Assembly (NCBI GenBank): GCA_015234465.1
Contig: JADGNA010000017.1
Location: 29,861 to 93,860, forward strand
Direction: 5' to 3'
Source of the DNA: Salinibacterium sp.
GTDB taxonomy: Bacteria; Actinomycetota; Actinomycetes; Actinomycetales; Microbacteriaceae
Length of the DNA stretch: 64,000 nucleotides
In this document: positions 38,038-45,948 of the stretch, piece by piece
Layout: each line of letters begins with the position of its first letter
How positions within the stretch are numbered: the stretch's first letter is position 1
The notes under the pieces: generated by a model
What the model saw: only the letters and a program-made list of their open reading frames with translations
Database searches by the model: none
Told to the model about the DNA's origin: nothing
Program-made: the position numbers and the translations under genes

Positions 38038-38640
38038 GTGGCAGACCAGGAAGCAACGCAGGCCCCCCGTCGCGTCGTCGTGGCGGAGGACGAATCACTC
38101 ATCCGTCTCGACATCGTCGAGACCCTTCGCGACAACGGTTTCGATGTCGTCGGCGAGGCTGGCGACGGCGAAGCCGCCGTGGCCCTTGCGACCGAGCTTC
38201 GTCCTGATCTCGTCGTGATGGACGTGAAGATGCCGCTCCTCGACGGCATCTCCGCCGCCGAGAAGCTCAGCAAGAACCACATCGCGCCCGTCGTGCTCCT
38301 CACGGCATTCAGCCAGAAGGAACTGGTCGAGCGGGCCACCGAGGCCGGCGCTCTCGCCTATGTCGTGAAGCCCTTCACGCCCAACGACCTGCTGCCTGCG
38401 ATCGAGATCGCCCTGGCCCGGCACGCGCAGATCATCGCGCTCGAGACCGAGGTATCCGACCTGGTCGAGCGCTTTGAGACCCGCAAGCTCGTTGACCGCG
38501 CCAAGGGCCTGCTCAACGAGAAGATGGGTCTCACCGAGCCCGAGGCGTTCCGCTGGATCCAGAAGGCCTCGATGGACCGTCGCCTGACGATGCATGACGT
38601 CGCGAAGACGATCATCGACCAGTTCGCGCCCAAGAAGTAG
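38038..38640 (+). CDS. pdtaR: Response regulator with ANTAR RNA-binding output domain (PdtaR-like)
   Basis: REC domain (VVVAEDE...DLVVMDVKMP...VVKPF) plus ANTAR domain (RKLVDRAKGLLNEKMGLTEPEAFRWIQKASMDRR). Confidence 0.88.
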   Translation: MADQEATQAPRRVVVAEDESLIRLDIVETLRDNGFDVVGEAGDGEAAVALATELRPDLVVMDVKMPLLDGISAAEKLSKNHIAPVVLLTAFSQKELVERATEAGALAYVVKPFTPNDLLPAIEIALARHAQIIALETEVSDLVERFETRKLVDRAKGLLNEKMGLTEPEAFRWIQKASMDRRLTMHDVAKTIIDQFAPKK

Positions 38641-38682
38641 GGCGTCGAACGCCGACGTCGCCAAGCGCCGGCAGGAACGTGC

Positions 38683-39111
38683 TCAGCGCACGTCGCGGAG
38701 CATGTTGGTCATCCGCACGGTCGAGAGGCGATTGCCTGCTTCGTCCGTGACGACGATCTCATGTGTTGCGAGGGTGCGGCCGAGCGTGAGTGCCCTGCAC
38801 GTTCCCGTGACCCAGCCTTCGGTCACTGAGCGACTGTGGGTGGCGTTGATCTCGATACCGACGGCGTAGCGGCCGGGTCCCGCATGGATGGCGGATGAGA
38901 TGGACCCGAGCGACTCGCCCAGCACGACGTGGGCGCCCCCGTGGAGGAGTCCCGTGACCTGCCGATTGCCCTCGACGGGCATCCGTGCCACCGAGTACTC
39001 GGCCGACAGTTCGAGGAACTCCATGCCCATCCGGCGTGGAAGCTCACCGCCTCCCGTCTGCTCGAGGATCTCTACCAGGCGGGGGTCGAGGTCAGCGGGA
39101 AGTGTCGTCAT
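38683..39111 (-). CDS. PaaI-family hotdog-fold thioesterase
   Basis: 142 aa. The ...GLLHGGAHVVLGESLGS... motif is typical of the PaaI/YbdB family. SD GAAAGG lies upstream on the - strand. Confidence 0.8.
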   Translation of the reverse strand: MTTLPADLDPRLVEILEQTGGGELPRRMGMEFLELSAEYSVARMPVEGNRQVTGLLHGGAHVVLGESLGSISSAIHAGPGRYAVGIEINATHSRSVTEGWVTGTCRALTLGRTLATHEIVVTDEAGNRLSTVRMTNMLRDVR

Positions 39112-39157
39112 AGGAGCGCCTTTCGTAACCGCGCGGTGGCGTGTCAGCGGCCCCCGT

Positions 39158-39163
39158 TAGGCT
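39158..39163 (+). promoter_or_regulatory. Candidate -10 hexamer TAGGCT (leaderless promoter of polA)
   Basis: TAGGCT, then 6 nt, then GTG 39170. Confidence 0.45.
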
Positions 39164-39169
39164 GGCATC

Positions 39170-41848
39170 GTGTCGGATACCGCAAAGCCTACCCTCCTCG
39201 TCATCGACGGCCATTCCCTCGCCTTCCGGGCGTTCTACGCCCTTCCGGTCGACAGTTTCGTCAACAGGGAGGGGCAGCACACGAATGCGATCCACGGCTT
39301 CCTGTCGATGCTGTTGAGCCTTCTCAACCAGGAGAAGCCGACGCACCTGGCGGTCGCGTTCGACATCTCTCGCTATTCCTTCCGTACGCGCGAGTATGCC
39401 GAGTACAAGGGCACGCGCGGCGAGACGCCGCCGGAGTTCATCGGCCAGGTGCCCCTTCTCGAAGAGGCACTCGCCGCGATGAACATCGTGACGATCTCGA
39501 AGGAGGACTACGAGGCCGACGACATCCTCGCGACCCTGGCGACCCGGGGTGCTGCTGAGGGTTACCGTGTCCTCGTCGTGAGCGGCGACCGAGACACGAT
39601 CCAGCTCGTCAACGATGACGTGACGCTGCTCTACCCCAACGCGCGCGGAGTCTCCGAGCTCAAGCGCTACGACCACAACGCGGTCGTCGAGCGCTACGGC
39701 ATCGAGCCGGCACAGTACCCGGATGTCGCGGCGCTAGTCGGTGAGACGAGTGACAACCTCATCGGCATCGACAAGGTCGGCGAGAAGACCGCCGTCAAGT
39801 GGCTCAAGCAATATGGTTCGCTCGATGAGATCCTCGCGCACGCCGACGAGATCAAGGGCGTCGTGGGCCAGAACCTTCGAGACCAGAAGGAAAATGCGAT
39901 CCGCAACCGGCGCCTCAACCGTCTGGTCACAGACGTGGAGCTCCCGCTGGCACTCACCGAGCTCGAGCGCCGGCAGATCAACGTCGGAGCGGTGCGCGAG
40001 GTCTTCGACCGGCTGCAGTTCCGCACGCTGCTCGAGCGAGTCCTCAAGATCGCGGCGGCGGAGGGCTCGACCGAGGCACTCACGGAACCCGCCTCCGTCG
40101 ACGACGCGAGCGCGGCCCAGCTCGCACCCGTCGTGCGCACGATGGTCGATGAAGAACTCGCGCAGTGGCTGTCTCGCCACTCGGGGAGCGACGCGACGCC
40201 GCTCGGCCTGCAGATCGAGTCGGGCCCAGGAGGCATCACGGGCTTCGGCATCGCGGCCAAGGATGACTCCGTCTACGTGCCGTGGGCAGAAGGCCGGCAG
40301 GACTATGCCGCCCTCGAGTCATGGCTCGCGAGCGATGCTCCCAAGGTCATGCTCGACGCCAAGCGGCAGTACAAGGCCCTGGCTGCTGTCGGGCTGTCGA
40401 TCAGCGGCGTGACCTTCGACACGAGCCTCGCGTCGTGGCTGCTGCGGCCCGGTGGACGCTCAGAGGATCTCGCGTCGCAGGTCTACGCAGTTCTCGGGGA
40501 GACCGTCACCGTGTCCGACCCCAACCAGCTGTTGCCGGAGGTCGAGTCCCTCAGCGTCGCGACCGAGGCCTGGTTCGTATTGCGACTATCCGAGGCACTC
40601 GCCGAGCGGCTCGACGCGGGCACGAAGCGCGTGCTCACGGACATCGAGCTTCCGATCGTGCCAGTCCTCGCCGAGATGGAGCGCACAGGCATCCAGGTCT
40701 CGGCAGACATCCTCAGCGGACTCCGCTCGCGTCTCGCAGCGTCGGGCGCGGACTTCGCGGCCAAGGCATACGCCGAGATCGGCCGCGAGGTGAACCTGGG
40801 GTCGCCCAAGCAGTTGCAGCAGGTGCTGTTCGAAGAACTCGGAATGCCGAAGACGAGGGCCAACAAGACGGGCTACTCGACTGACGCGGCATCCCTTGCA
40901 GACCTCCAGGAGAAGAACCCCCATCCCTTCCTGGGCCTGCTCCTGCAGCACCGCGATGTGACGAAGCTCGGCCAGATCGTCGACACCCTCGAGAAGAGCG
41001 TTCGGCCAGACGGTCGAATCCACACGACGTACGAGCAGACCGGCACGAGCACGGGGCGCATCTCCTCCAACGATCCCAACCTCCAGAACATCCCCATCAA
41101 GACCGAGGTGGGGCGGGAGATCCGCTCAGCCTTCACGCACGGCGAGCAGTTCACGACGCTCCTGACCGCCGACTACTCCCAGATCGAGATGCGCATCATG
41201 GCGCACCTCTCCGGCGACGCCGGACTGATCGAGGCCTTCAACGCGGGGGAAGACCTTCACCGTTTCGTCGGTTCTCGCATCTTCCACGTCGAGCCGGCGG
41301 ATGTCACGCCGCTCATGCGCACAAAGGTCAAGGCGATGTCCTACGGTCTCGCATACGGCCTGAGCGCCTTCGGACTGTCCAAGCAACTGCGTATCGACAC
41401 GGCCGAGGCCAAACAGCTCATGAGCGACTACTTCGCCCGCTTCGGGGCCGTGCGCGACTACCTCCGCTCCGTCGTCGAGAAGGCGCGTGAAGACGGATAC
41501 ACCGAGACGATCTTCGGCCGCCGCCGGCCCTTCGGTGACCTGCGCTCCAAGAACCGGGTGCTGCGCGAGAACGCCGAGCGAGCGGCCCTCAATGCGCCCA
41601 TCCAGGGCTCAGCAGCCGACATCATGAAGATCGCGATGATCGACATCGCCAGCGACCTGCGCGAGAAGGACATGGCATCCCGACTGCTCCTGCAGGTGCA
41701 CGACGAACTCGTCTTCGAGGTTGCCGACGGCGAGCTGGAGTCGCTCTCGGCGGTCGTGCGCGAACGAATGGGCGGAGCGGCAGAGCTTGCTGTTCCCCTT
41801 GAGGTCCAGGTCGGCATCGGTGCGAACTGGGAGGCGGCAGCGCACTGA
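39170..41848 (+). CDS. polA: DNA polymerase I
   Basis: 892 aa. 5'-nuclease domain (LLVIDGHSLAFRAFYA) and polymerase motifs (DYSQIEMRIMAH, QVHDELVFE). Confidence 0.97.
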   Translation: MSDTAKPTLLVIDGHSLAFRAFYALPVDSFVNREGQHTNAIHGFLSMLLSLLNQEKPTHLAVAFDISRYSFRTREYAEYKGTRGETPPEFIGQVPLLEEALAAMNIVTISKEDYEADDILATLATRGAAEGYRVLVVSGDRDTIQLVNDDVTLLYPNARGVSELKRYDHNAVVERYGIEPAQYPDVAALVGETSDNLIGIDKVGEKTAVKWLKQYGSLDEILAHADEIKGVVGQNLRDQKENAIRNRRLNRLVTDVELPLALTELERRQINVGAVREVFDRLQFRTLLERVLKIAAAEGSTEALTEPASVDDASAAQLAPVVRTMVDEELAQWLSRHSGSDATPLGLQIESGPGGITGFGIAAKDDSVYVPWAEGRQDYAALESWLASDAPKVMLDAKRQYKALAAVGLSISGVTFDTSLASWLLRPGGRSEDLASQVYAVLGETVTVSDPNQLLPEVESLSVATEAWFVLRLSEALAERLDAGTKRVLTDIELPIVPVLAEMERTGIQVSADILSGLRSRLAASGADFAAKAYAEIGREVNLGSPKQLQQVLFEELGMPKTRANKTGYSTDAASLADLQEKNPHPFLGLLLQHRDVTKLGQIVDTLEKSVRPDGRIHTTYEQTGTSTGRISSNDPNLQNIPIKTEVGREIRSAFTHGEQFTTLLTADYSQIEMRIMAHLSGDAGLIEAFNAGEDLHRFVGSRIFHVEPADVTPLMRTKVKAMSYGLAYGLSAFGLSKQLRIDTAEAKQLMSDYFARFGAVRDYLRSVVEKAREDGYTETIFGRRRPFGDLRSKNRVLRENAERAALNAPIQGSAADIMKIAMIDIASDLREKDMASRLLLQVHDELVFEVADGELESLSAVVRERMGGAAELAVPLEVQVGIGANWEAAAH

Positions 41849-41878
41849 GCGCCCCCAGCGCCCAGTGTGATCCTCCCG

Positions 41879-41884
41879 TACGCT
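41879..41884 (+). promoter_or_regulatory. Candidate -10 hexamer TACGCT (leaderless promoter of DUF885 gene)
   Basis: TACGCT, then 6 nt, then ATG 41891. Confidence 0.4.
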
Positions 41885-41890
41885 GAAAGC

Positions 41891-43549
41891 ATGACGACGC
41901 CACGCACCCCGAGCCCCATCGACGAGGTTGCAGAACGGTGGGTGAACACGCTCACCGATCTCGATCCCACGATCGCCACCTACATCGGCGTCCCTGGGAG
42001 ACTGGGCGAGTACGGCGACTATTCGCCCGAGGGTGCGGAAAGCAAGGCGGCGGCCGCGCGCGCCGCATTGGCGGAACTTCGCGCATGCTCACCAGTTGAC
42101 GACGTCGACCGCGTGACGGCGGCAGACCTCGGAGCGGCGCTCGAGCTGGAGCTCGAGTCCCACGAAGCGCGACTCCACCTGCGCGACCTGAATGTGCTCG
42201 CCTCACCCGCCACGGACATCCGCGAGATCTTCGACCTCATGCCCACCGAGACGGAGGGTGACTGGAGCGATATCGCCAGCAGGATGGGCGGAGTCCCCGA
42301 CGCGGTCGACGGCTACATCGAGACGCTCCGTCGAGGCATCGCGGAAGGGGTTACCCCCGCACGCCGTCAGGTGCTCGCGGTCGCGGAGCTGACGGGACGT
42401 GTCGGCACGGCGGGCGGCTTCTTCTCGGAGTTCGCTCAGCAGGCATCAGACGTGCCCGAGTCGCTCAGCGCGACCCTCAGCACGAACGCCCGACAGGCAA
42501 CCGAAGCCTACTCGCGGCTCACCGAGTTCCTGCGCATCGAGCTCGCGGCAAGCGCCACCGAGATCGACGCGGTAGGACGCGAGAGTTACGCGCTGCACTC
42601 ACGCCGCTTCCTCGGTGCGACGATCGACCTCGACGAGACCTACGAGTGGGGTATCGAGGAGCTCGCACGGATGCGAAGCGAACAGGAGGCCCTCGCCCAC
42701 GAGATCTCGCCCGGCGCCTCCGTCGAAGAGGCGATCGCCGTGCTCGACTCAGACCCGTCGCGCATCCTGCACGGCACCGATGCGCTCCAGGCCTGGATGC
42801 AGGACCTGAGCGACCGCGCCGTCGCTGAGCTTGGGCAGACCCAGTTCGACATCCCGCAGGAGATTCGCCGCCTCGAGTGCATGATCGCGCCCACGCAGAA
42901 CGGCGGCATCTACTACACGGGGCCGTCTGACGACTTCACCAGGCCGGGCAGGATGTGGTGGTCGGTTCCCGTCGGCATCACCGAGTTCTCGACTTGGCGC
43001 GAGACGACAACCGTCTACCACGAGGGCGTTCCCGGCCACCATCTGCAGATCGGCCAGGCGGTCGTCAATCGCGGAGAGCTGAACACGTGGCGACGCCAGT
43101 TGGCAGGAACCTCCGGCCACGCGGAGGGCTGGGCGCTCTACGCGGAGCGGCTCATGGAGGAGCTCGGCTACCTCGACGATCCAGGCGACCGCTTCGGGAT
43201 GCTCGATGCCCAGCGCATGCGTGCCGCGCGGGTCGTGCTCGACATCGGCGTGCATCTCGGCAAGCCTCGCCTGGATGGTGAGGGGAGCTGGAACTTCGAC
43301 TACGCCCTCTCCTTCTTCCGTGAGAACTGCCACGAGTCAGACCCGAGCACCCTCTTCGAAGTGAATCGTTACTTCGGCTGGCCCGGCCAGGCACCCTCGT
43401 ACAAGGTCGGCCAGCGTCTCTGGATGGAACTCCGCGATGAGGCTCGCCGTCGCGCGGGCGCAGACTTCGATGTGCGCTCCTTCCACCGTGACGCGCTGGC
43501 ACTCGGCGGGGTCGGCCTCGACACCCTGCGCTCCGCTCTCCTCGACTGA
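41891..43549 (+). CDS. DUF885 family protein
   Basis: About 550 aa with the family-typical YHEGVPGHHLQ motif. I recognise the overall sequence pattern as DUF885 from memory. No signal peptide. Confidence 0.75.
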   Translation: MTTPRTPSPIDEVAERWVNTLTDLDPTIATYIGVPGRLGEYGDYSPEGAESKAAAARAALAELRACSPVDDVDRVTAADLGAALELELESHEARLHLRDLNVLASPATDIREIFDLMPTETEGDWSDIASRMGGVPDAVDGYIETLRRGIAEGVTPARRQVLAVAELTGRVGTAGGFFSEFAQQASDVPESLSATLSTNARQATEAYSRLTEFLRIELAASATEIDAVGRESYALHSRRFLGATIDLDETYEWGIEELARMRSEQEALAHEISPGASVEEAIAVLDSDPSRILHGTDALQAWMQDLSDRAVAELGQTQFDIPQEIRRLECMIAPTQNGGIYYTGPSDDFTRPGRMWWSVPVGITEFSTWRETTTVYHEGVPGHHLQIGQAVVNRGELNTWRRQLAGTSGHAEGWALYAERLMEELGYLDDPGDRFGMLDAQRMRAARVVLDIGVHLGKPRLDGEGSWNFDYALSFFRENCHESDPSTLFEVNRYFGWPGQAPSYKVGQRLWMELRDEARRRAGADFDVRSFHRDALALGGVGLDTLRSALLD

Positions 43550-43633
43550 GGCGGGGTGTCTCACCCCTGAACTGGGGTCAGGCCATTGAGACTTCGTGAA
43601 GATTTCTCCTCGCGGGTTCTCATAATCGCTGTC

Positions 43634-43639
43634 TAGGCT
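43634..43639 (+). promoter_or_regulatory. Candidate -10 hexamer TAGGCT (leaderless promoter of metzincin gene)
   Basis: TAGGCT, then 6 nt, then ATG 43646. A second -10-like CATAAT sits at 43621-43626. Confidence 0.45.
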
Positions 43640-43645
43640 TCCGGC

Positions 43646-45754
43646 ATGACCAACCCCATTCGTGGTGGGCTGGTGGTCCTTGGGGGATTTCTCGCGAGTC
43701 TGATGCTGGGAGCATCCATTGTCTCGCCGAGCCCTGCAGCCGCCGTCACCGTCGCTCACCGCAGCATCCATGCATCCCATGAAGTCTCAGCCGCCCCGGA
43801 AACGGATGCGGCCCAGCCGGATGCCACCGAGCCGGTGCCGGGCACCGAGATTGCGATCGACGACCCGGCGCGTGCTCAGGATGCCGCGGTCGAACTGAGC
43901 GGAGAGATCGTCGTCTCGATCTCCGAGACGCTTTCTGTCGATGCGCACAGCCAGCCGACCGTCGACACCCACTACGCCGTCGAGACCGCTTCGGGGCAGG
44001 TCGTACCGGTCACGGGCGAGTTTCCGGACTCGGTCACCACTGGTGACCAGTTCACCGGGACCGTCGCCGTCGACACCGTCGTCGAGCAGCTCGCACCCGA
44101 GACCGCGGTCGAGTTGGAATCGTCCACCCAGGGGTCGGGTGCCCTACCCGAGGCGGCGGAGGCGACCCAGGAGGCGATTGCCGCGGCAGACGCGAGCGGC
44201 ACCGAGCTGCCGGTCGTGCAGGCGCAGGTCACGGTCACTGCGGCAGCGGCCGCCGCCCCCGGACAGGCGCACGAGATCGTCATCGTCGCGAATGCGCCCG
44301 CGGGCCTCAGCCGGCCGAACCGCTCCGACGCTCAGCTGAGGACTCTCGCTGAACAGGCGGCGGCACACTGGCGTACGTCCTCCAACGGGCAGATCAGCCG
44401 CTTCACCATTGCTCCCTCTGTCACCCAACTCGCGGGAGGGAGCTGCGGCGAAGACCCCTTCACGACCTGGAACCGCGCCGCACAGAAGCTCGGCTACTCG
44501 GGTTGGTCCGCGTTCCGCACGAGCACGCCGGGCACGACTCGCCATCTGGTCGTGCTGAACCCGGCGGAGTGCGCCGAGACCGGTGTCGGAGTCGTCGGCA
44601 GCAGTGTGCACTACGGCGGCGCTGTTCGACAGTCGATCGGCAAGCACGTCGACCTGACGACACTCACACACGAACTCGGGCACAACCTCGGCCTGGGTCA
44701 CTCGGACCTGCACGTCTGCACGAGCGGCTCCTGCTCGAAGCACGAGTACTGGGACATCTATGACGTCATGGGGCTCGGCGTCCAGGGCTACGACACCCTC
44801 ACCCCGCTCAACACGTCAACCGCGTCGCGGCTGGGTTTCCTTCCCGCGTCTGCGACCACGACGCTCGCGCTGCCGGCCGGCACTGCGACGAAGTCCTGGA
44901 CGATCGACTTGGCACCGCTTCTTTCCGCGGGTGGCATCCGGCACGTGGCGGCGACAGACCCGCAGACGGGGGAGCGCTTCCACATTGAGCTCCGCAGTGG
45001 CCAGGGCACCCCGACGCCCTACTACGCTTCGGCTCAACGCAGTCTCTCCGGTACGACGGTGACATTCACGCCGGGAGTGCGGATGCTGCAGGCCGTGAAG
45101 AACGGATCCGCCGCGGTCACCTCCGCGCAGCCGGGGGGAGCGCACCTTCCCGCCATCCGTGCTGGGCAGTCCCTGTCGAGCCCGTCCGGGGGCATCAAGG
45201 TCACGGCCGTCTCGGGATCACCCACAACGTCGATGCGCGTGAAGGTCACCCTGGGTTCGACCGCAACGTCGACAGCGAGTCCCGGGGGATCCTTCCCGGT
45301 CTACCGCTTCTGGAGCGACACCTACCAGGGCCACTTCTACACGATCAGCGCGGCCGAGAAGTCGCACGTCCAGGCAAACTACCCCAGCCACATCTGGCGA
45401 TATGAGGCCGTCGCCTACCGAGCCTTCACGAGCAAGCAGCCAGGCACGATCCCGCTCTACCGTTTCTGGAGCAACACCATGAACGGCCATTTCTACACGG
45501 CGAGCGAGGCTGAGAAGAACCACGTCATCGCGGCATATGACGACAACGTGTGGAAGTACGAGACGATCGCCTACTGGGTCTACCCGACATCGAGTGCGAT
45601 CACGGCCACAAAACCCGTGTACCGGTTCTGGAGCGACACGAAGCGCCACCACTTCTACACCGCCAGCGCGTCTGAGCGGGATCACGTGATCCGCAGCTAC
45701 GACGATCGAGTATGGAAGTACGAGACCGCGGCGTACCGCGTTCCGTCCAGCTAG
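43646..45754 (+). CDS. Secreted zinc metalloprotease (metzincin, reprolysin-like) with three C-terminal YRFWS..HFYT repeats
   Basis: N-terminal signal peptide (LVVLGGFLASLMLGASIVSPSPAAA). HELGHNLGLGH (HExxHxxGxxH) at 44669-44701, followed by a candidate Met-turn (YDVMG). Three 52-54-aa tandem repeats at the C-terminus. Confidence 0.75.
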   Translation: MTNPIRGGLVVLGGFLASLMLGASIVSPSPAAAVTVAHRSIHASHEVSAAPETDAAQPDATEPVPGTEIAIDDPARAQDAAVELSGEIVVSISETLSVDAHSQPTVDTHYAVETASGQVVPVTGEFPDSVTTGDQFTGTVAVDTVVEQLAPETAVELESSTQGSGALPEAAEATQEAIAAADASGTELPVVQAQVTVTAAAAAAPGQAHEIVIVANAPAGLSRPNRSDAQLRTLAEQAAAHWRTSSNGQISRFTIAPSVTQLAGGSCGEDPFTTWNRAAQKLGYSGWSAFRTSTPGTTRHLVVLNPAECAETGVGVVGSSVHYGGAVRQSIGKHVDLTTLTHELGHNLGLGHSDLHVCTSGSCSKHEYWDIYDVMGLGVQGYDTLTPLNTSTASRLGFLPASATTTLALPAGTATKSWTIDLAPLLSAGGIRHVAATDPQTGERFHIELRSGQGTPTPYYASAQRSLSGTTVTFTPGVRMLQAVKNGSAAVTSAQPGGAHLPAIRAGQSLSSPSGGIKVTAVSGSPTTSMRVKVTLGSTATSTASPGGSFPVYRFWSDTYQGHFYTISAAEKSHVQANYPSHIWRYEAVAYRAFTSKQPGTIPLYRFWSNTMNGHFYTASEAEKNHVIAAYDDNVWKYETIAYWVYPTSSAITATKPVYRFWSDTKRHHFYTASASERDHVIRSYDDRVWKYETAAYRVPSS
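45293..45751 (+). repeat. Three tandem coding repeats (156 and 162 nt period) inside the metzincin gene
   Basis: Repeat units start at 45293 (FPVYRFWSDTYQGHFYT), 45449 (IPLYRFWSNTMNGHFYT) and 45611 (KPVYRFWSDTKRHHFYT). Each ends ...W(R/K)YE..AY. Confidence 0.8.
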
Positions 45755-45793
45755 GGGCCCGCCGGACTGTTGCTCCCGCGCGGGCAAGCCGGG

Positions 45794-45799
45794 TATGCT
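45794..45799 (+). promoter_or_regulatory. Candidate -10 hexamer TATGCT of the rpsA promoter (long leader)
   Basis: Same TATGCTGG sequence as the pyr operon candidate -10. Would give a leader of about 140 nt before ATG 45949. Confidence 0.35.
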
Positions 45800-45948
45800 G
45801 GAGAGTCGCAATTTCTGCGAATACCTATCCGCCTGCCACGGCGACGTCGGTCTGGACTTCATCCAGCACGGCGATACACACAAGCAGCACATCGCTCGTG
45901 GCCTGATTTCTGCCCTCCCGGGCATGTCCATCCTGGAGCAACTACTAC

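Noticed and set aside
37391-38098. Full 235-aa version of the minus-strand ORF
   Set aside because: Its N-terminal 78 codons run through the tRNA-Leu gene and the pdtaR promoter and start. The conserved 2H-phosphoesterase sequence begins at Met79 (ATG 37864), which has its own -10-like hexamer.
43551-43578. Two mutually exclusive small hairpins after DUF885 (GGGGTG-tct-CACCCC versus ACCCC-tgaact-GGGGT) that look like an attenuator switch
   Set aside because: The stems are only 5-6 bp. The downstream gene's promoter elements (CATAAT, TAGGCT) lie after them, so they would not be in its transcript. Most simply this is a weak terminator for the DUF885 gene.
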